Positions 63,985 through 64,000 of a DNA stretch of 64,000 bases are shown piece by piece. The position numbers and the translations under genes were made by a program. Location: contig CAVSGI010000009.1 of NCBI GenBank assembly GCA_963727445.1, positions 704,001 to 768,000 on the forward strand. The letters are read 5' to 3'. This DNA is from an uncultured delta proteobacterium. Lineage in GTDB: Bacteria; Myxococcota_A; Polyangia; Polyangiales; B10-G4. The notes below the pieces were generated by a model that saw nothing but the letters and a program-made list of their open reading frames with translations, made no database searches and was not told the DNA's origin. Numbering within the stretch: position 1 is the first letter of the stretch; each line of letters opens with the position of its first letter.

Positions 63985-64000
63985 AGCACGGCGCGGCCCT

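Overview
High-GC (visually about 70%) chromosomal window, most consistent with a myxobacterium (Myxococcota, probably Polyangia-like). The basis is an aglR-aglQ-aglS gliding-motor operon, a TIGR04552-like gene, four Ser/Thr kinases, an FHA-sigma54 activator and many Cys-rich lipoproteins. About 45 CDS were found; I recognised no rRNA, tRNA, CRISPR array or transposase. Content in order: a BlaI/BlaR1(M56)-controlled RND efflux operon with a twin operator; two back-to-back TolQ-TolR-TolR motor operons plus an orphan aglQ paralog; Cys-rich surface lipoproteins; a kinase-ATPase-TPR and FHA-EBP pair divergent from a sigma54 promoter with palindromic enhancer-like boxes, upstream of a lipoprotein with six tandem conotoxin/knottin-like modules; FMO; erythromycin-esterase family; a Lon whose catalytic Ser is replaced by Ala; Lrp-gltB-gltD; a truncated GAF-PtsP; a phosphodiester-scavenging cluster; SpoIVB/S55 plus beta-propeller; HAD; MFS. 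Many genes carry single-base indels, probably long-read assembly errors, and three share an identical GATCTC->GATTCTC signature. Best candidates for new biology are the sigma54/knottin-array module, the protease-dead Lon and a twice-repeated intergenic element. All family calls are from motif recognition by eye; no database searches were run.
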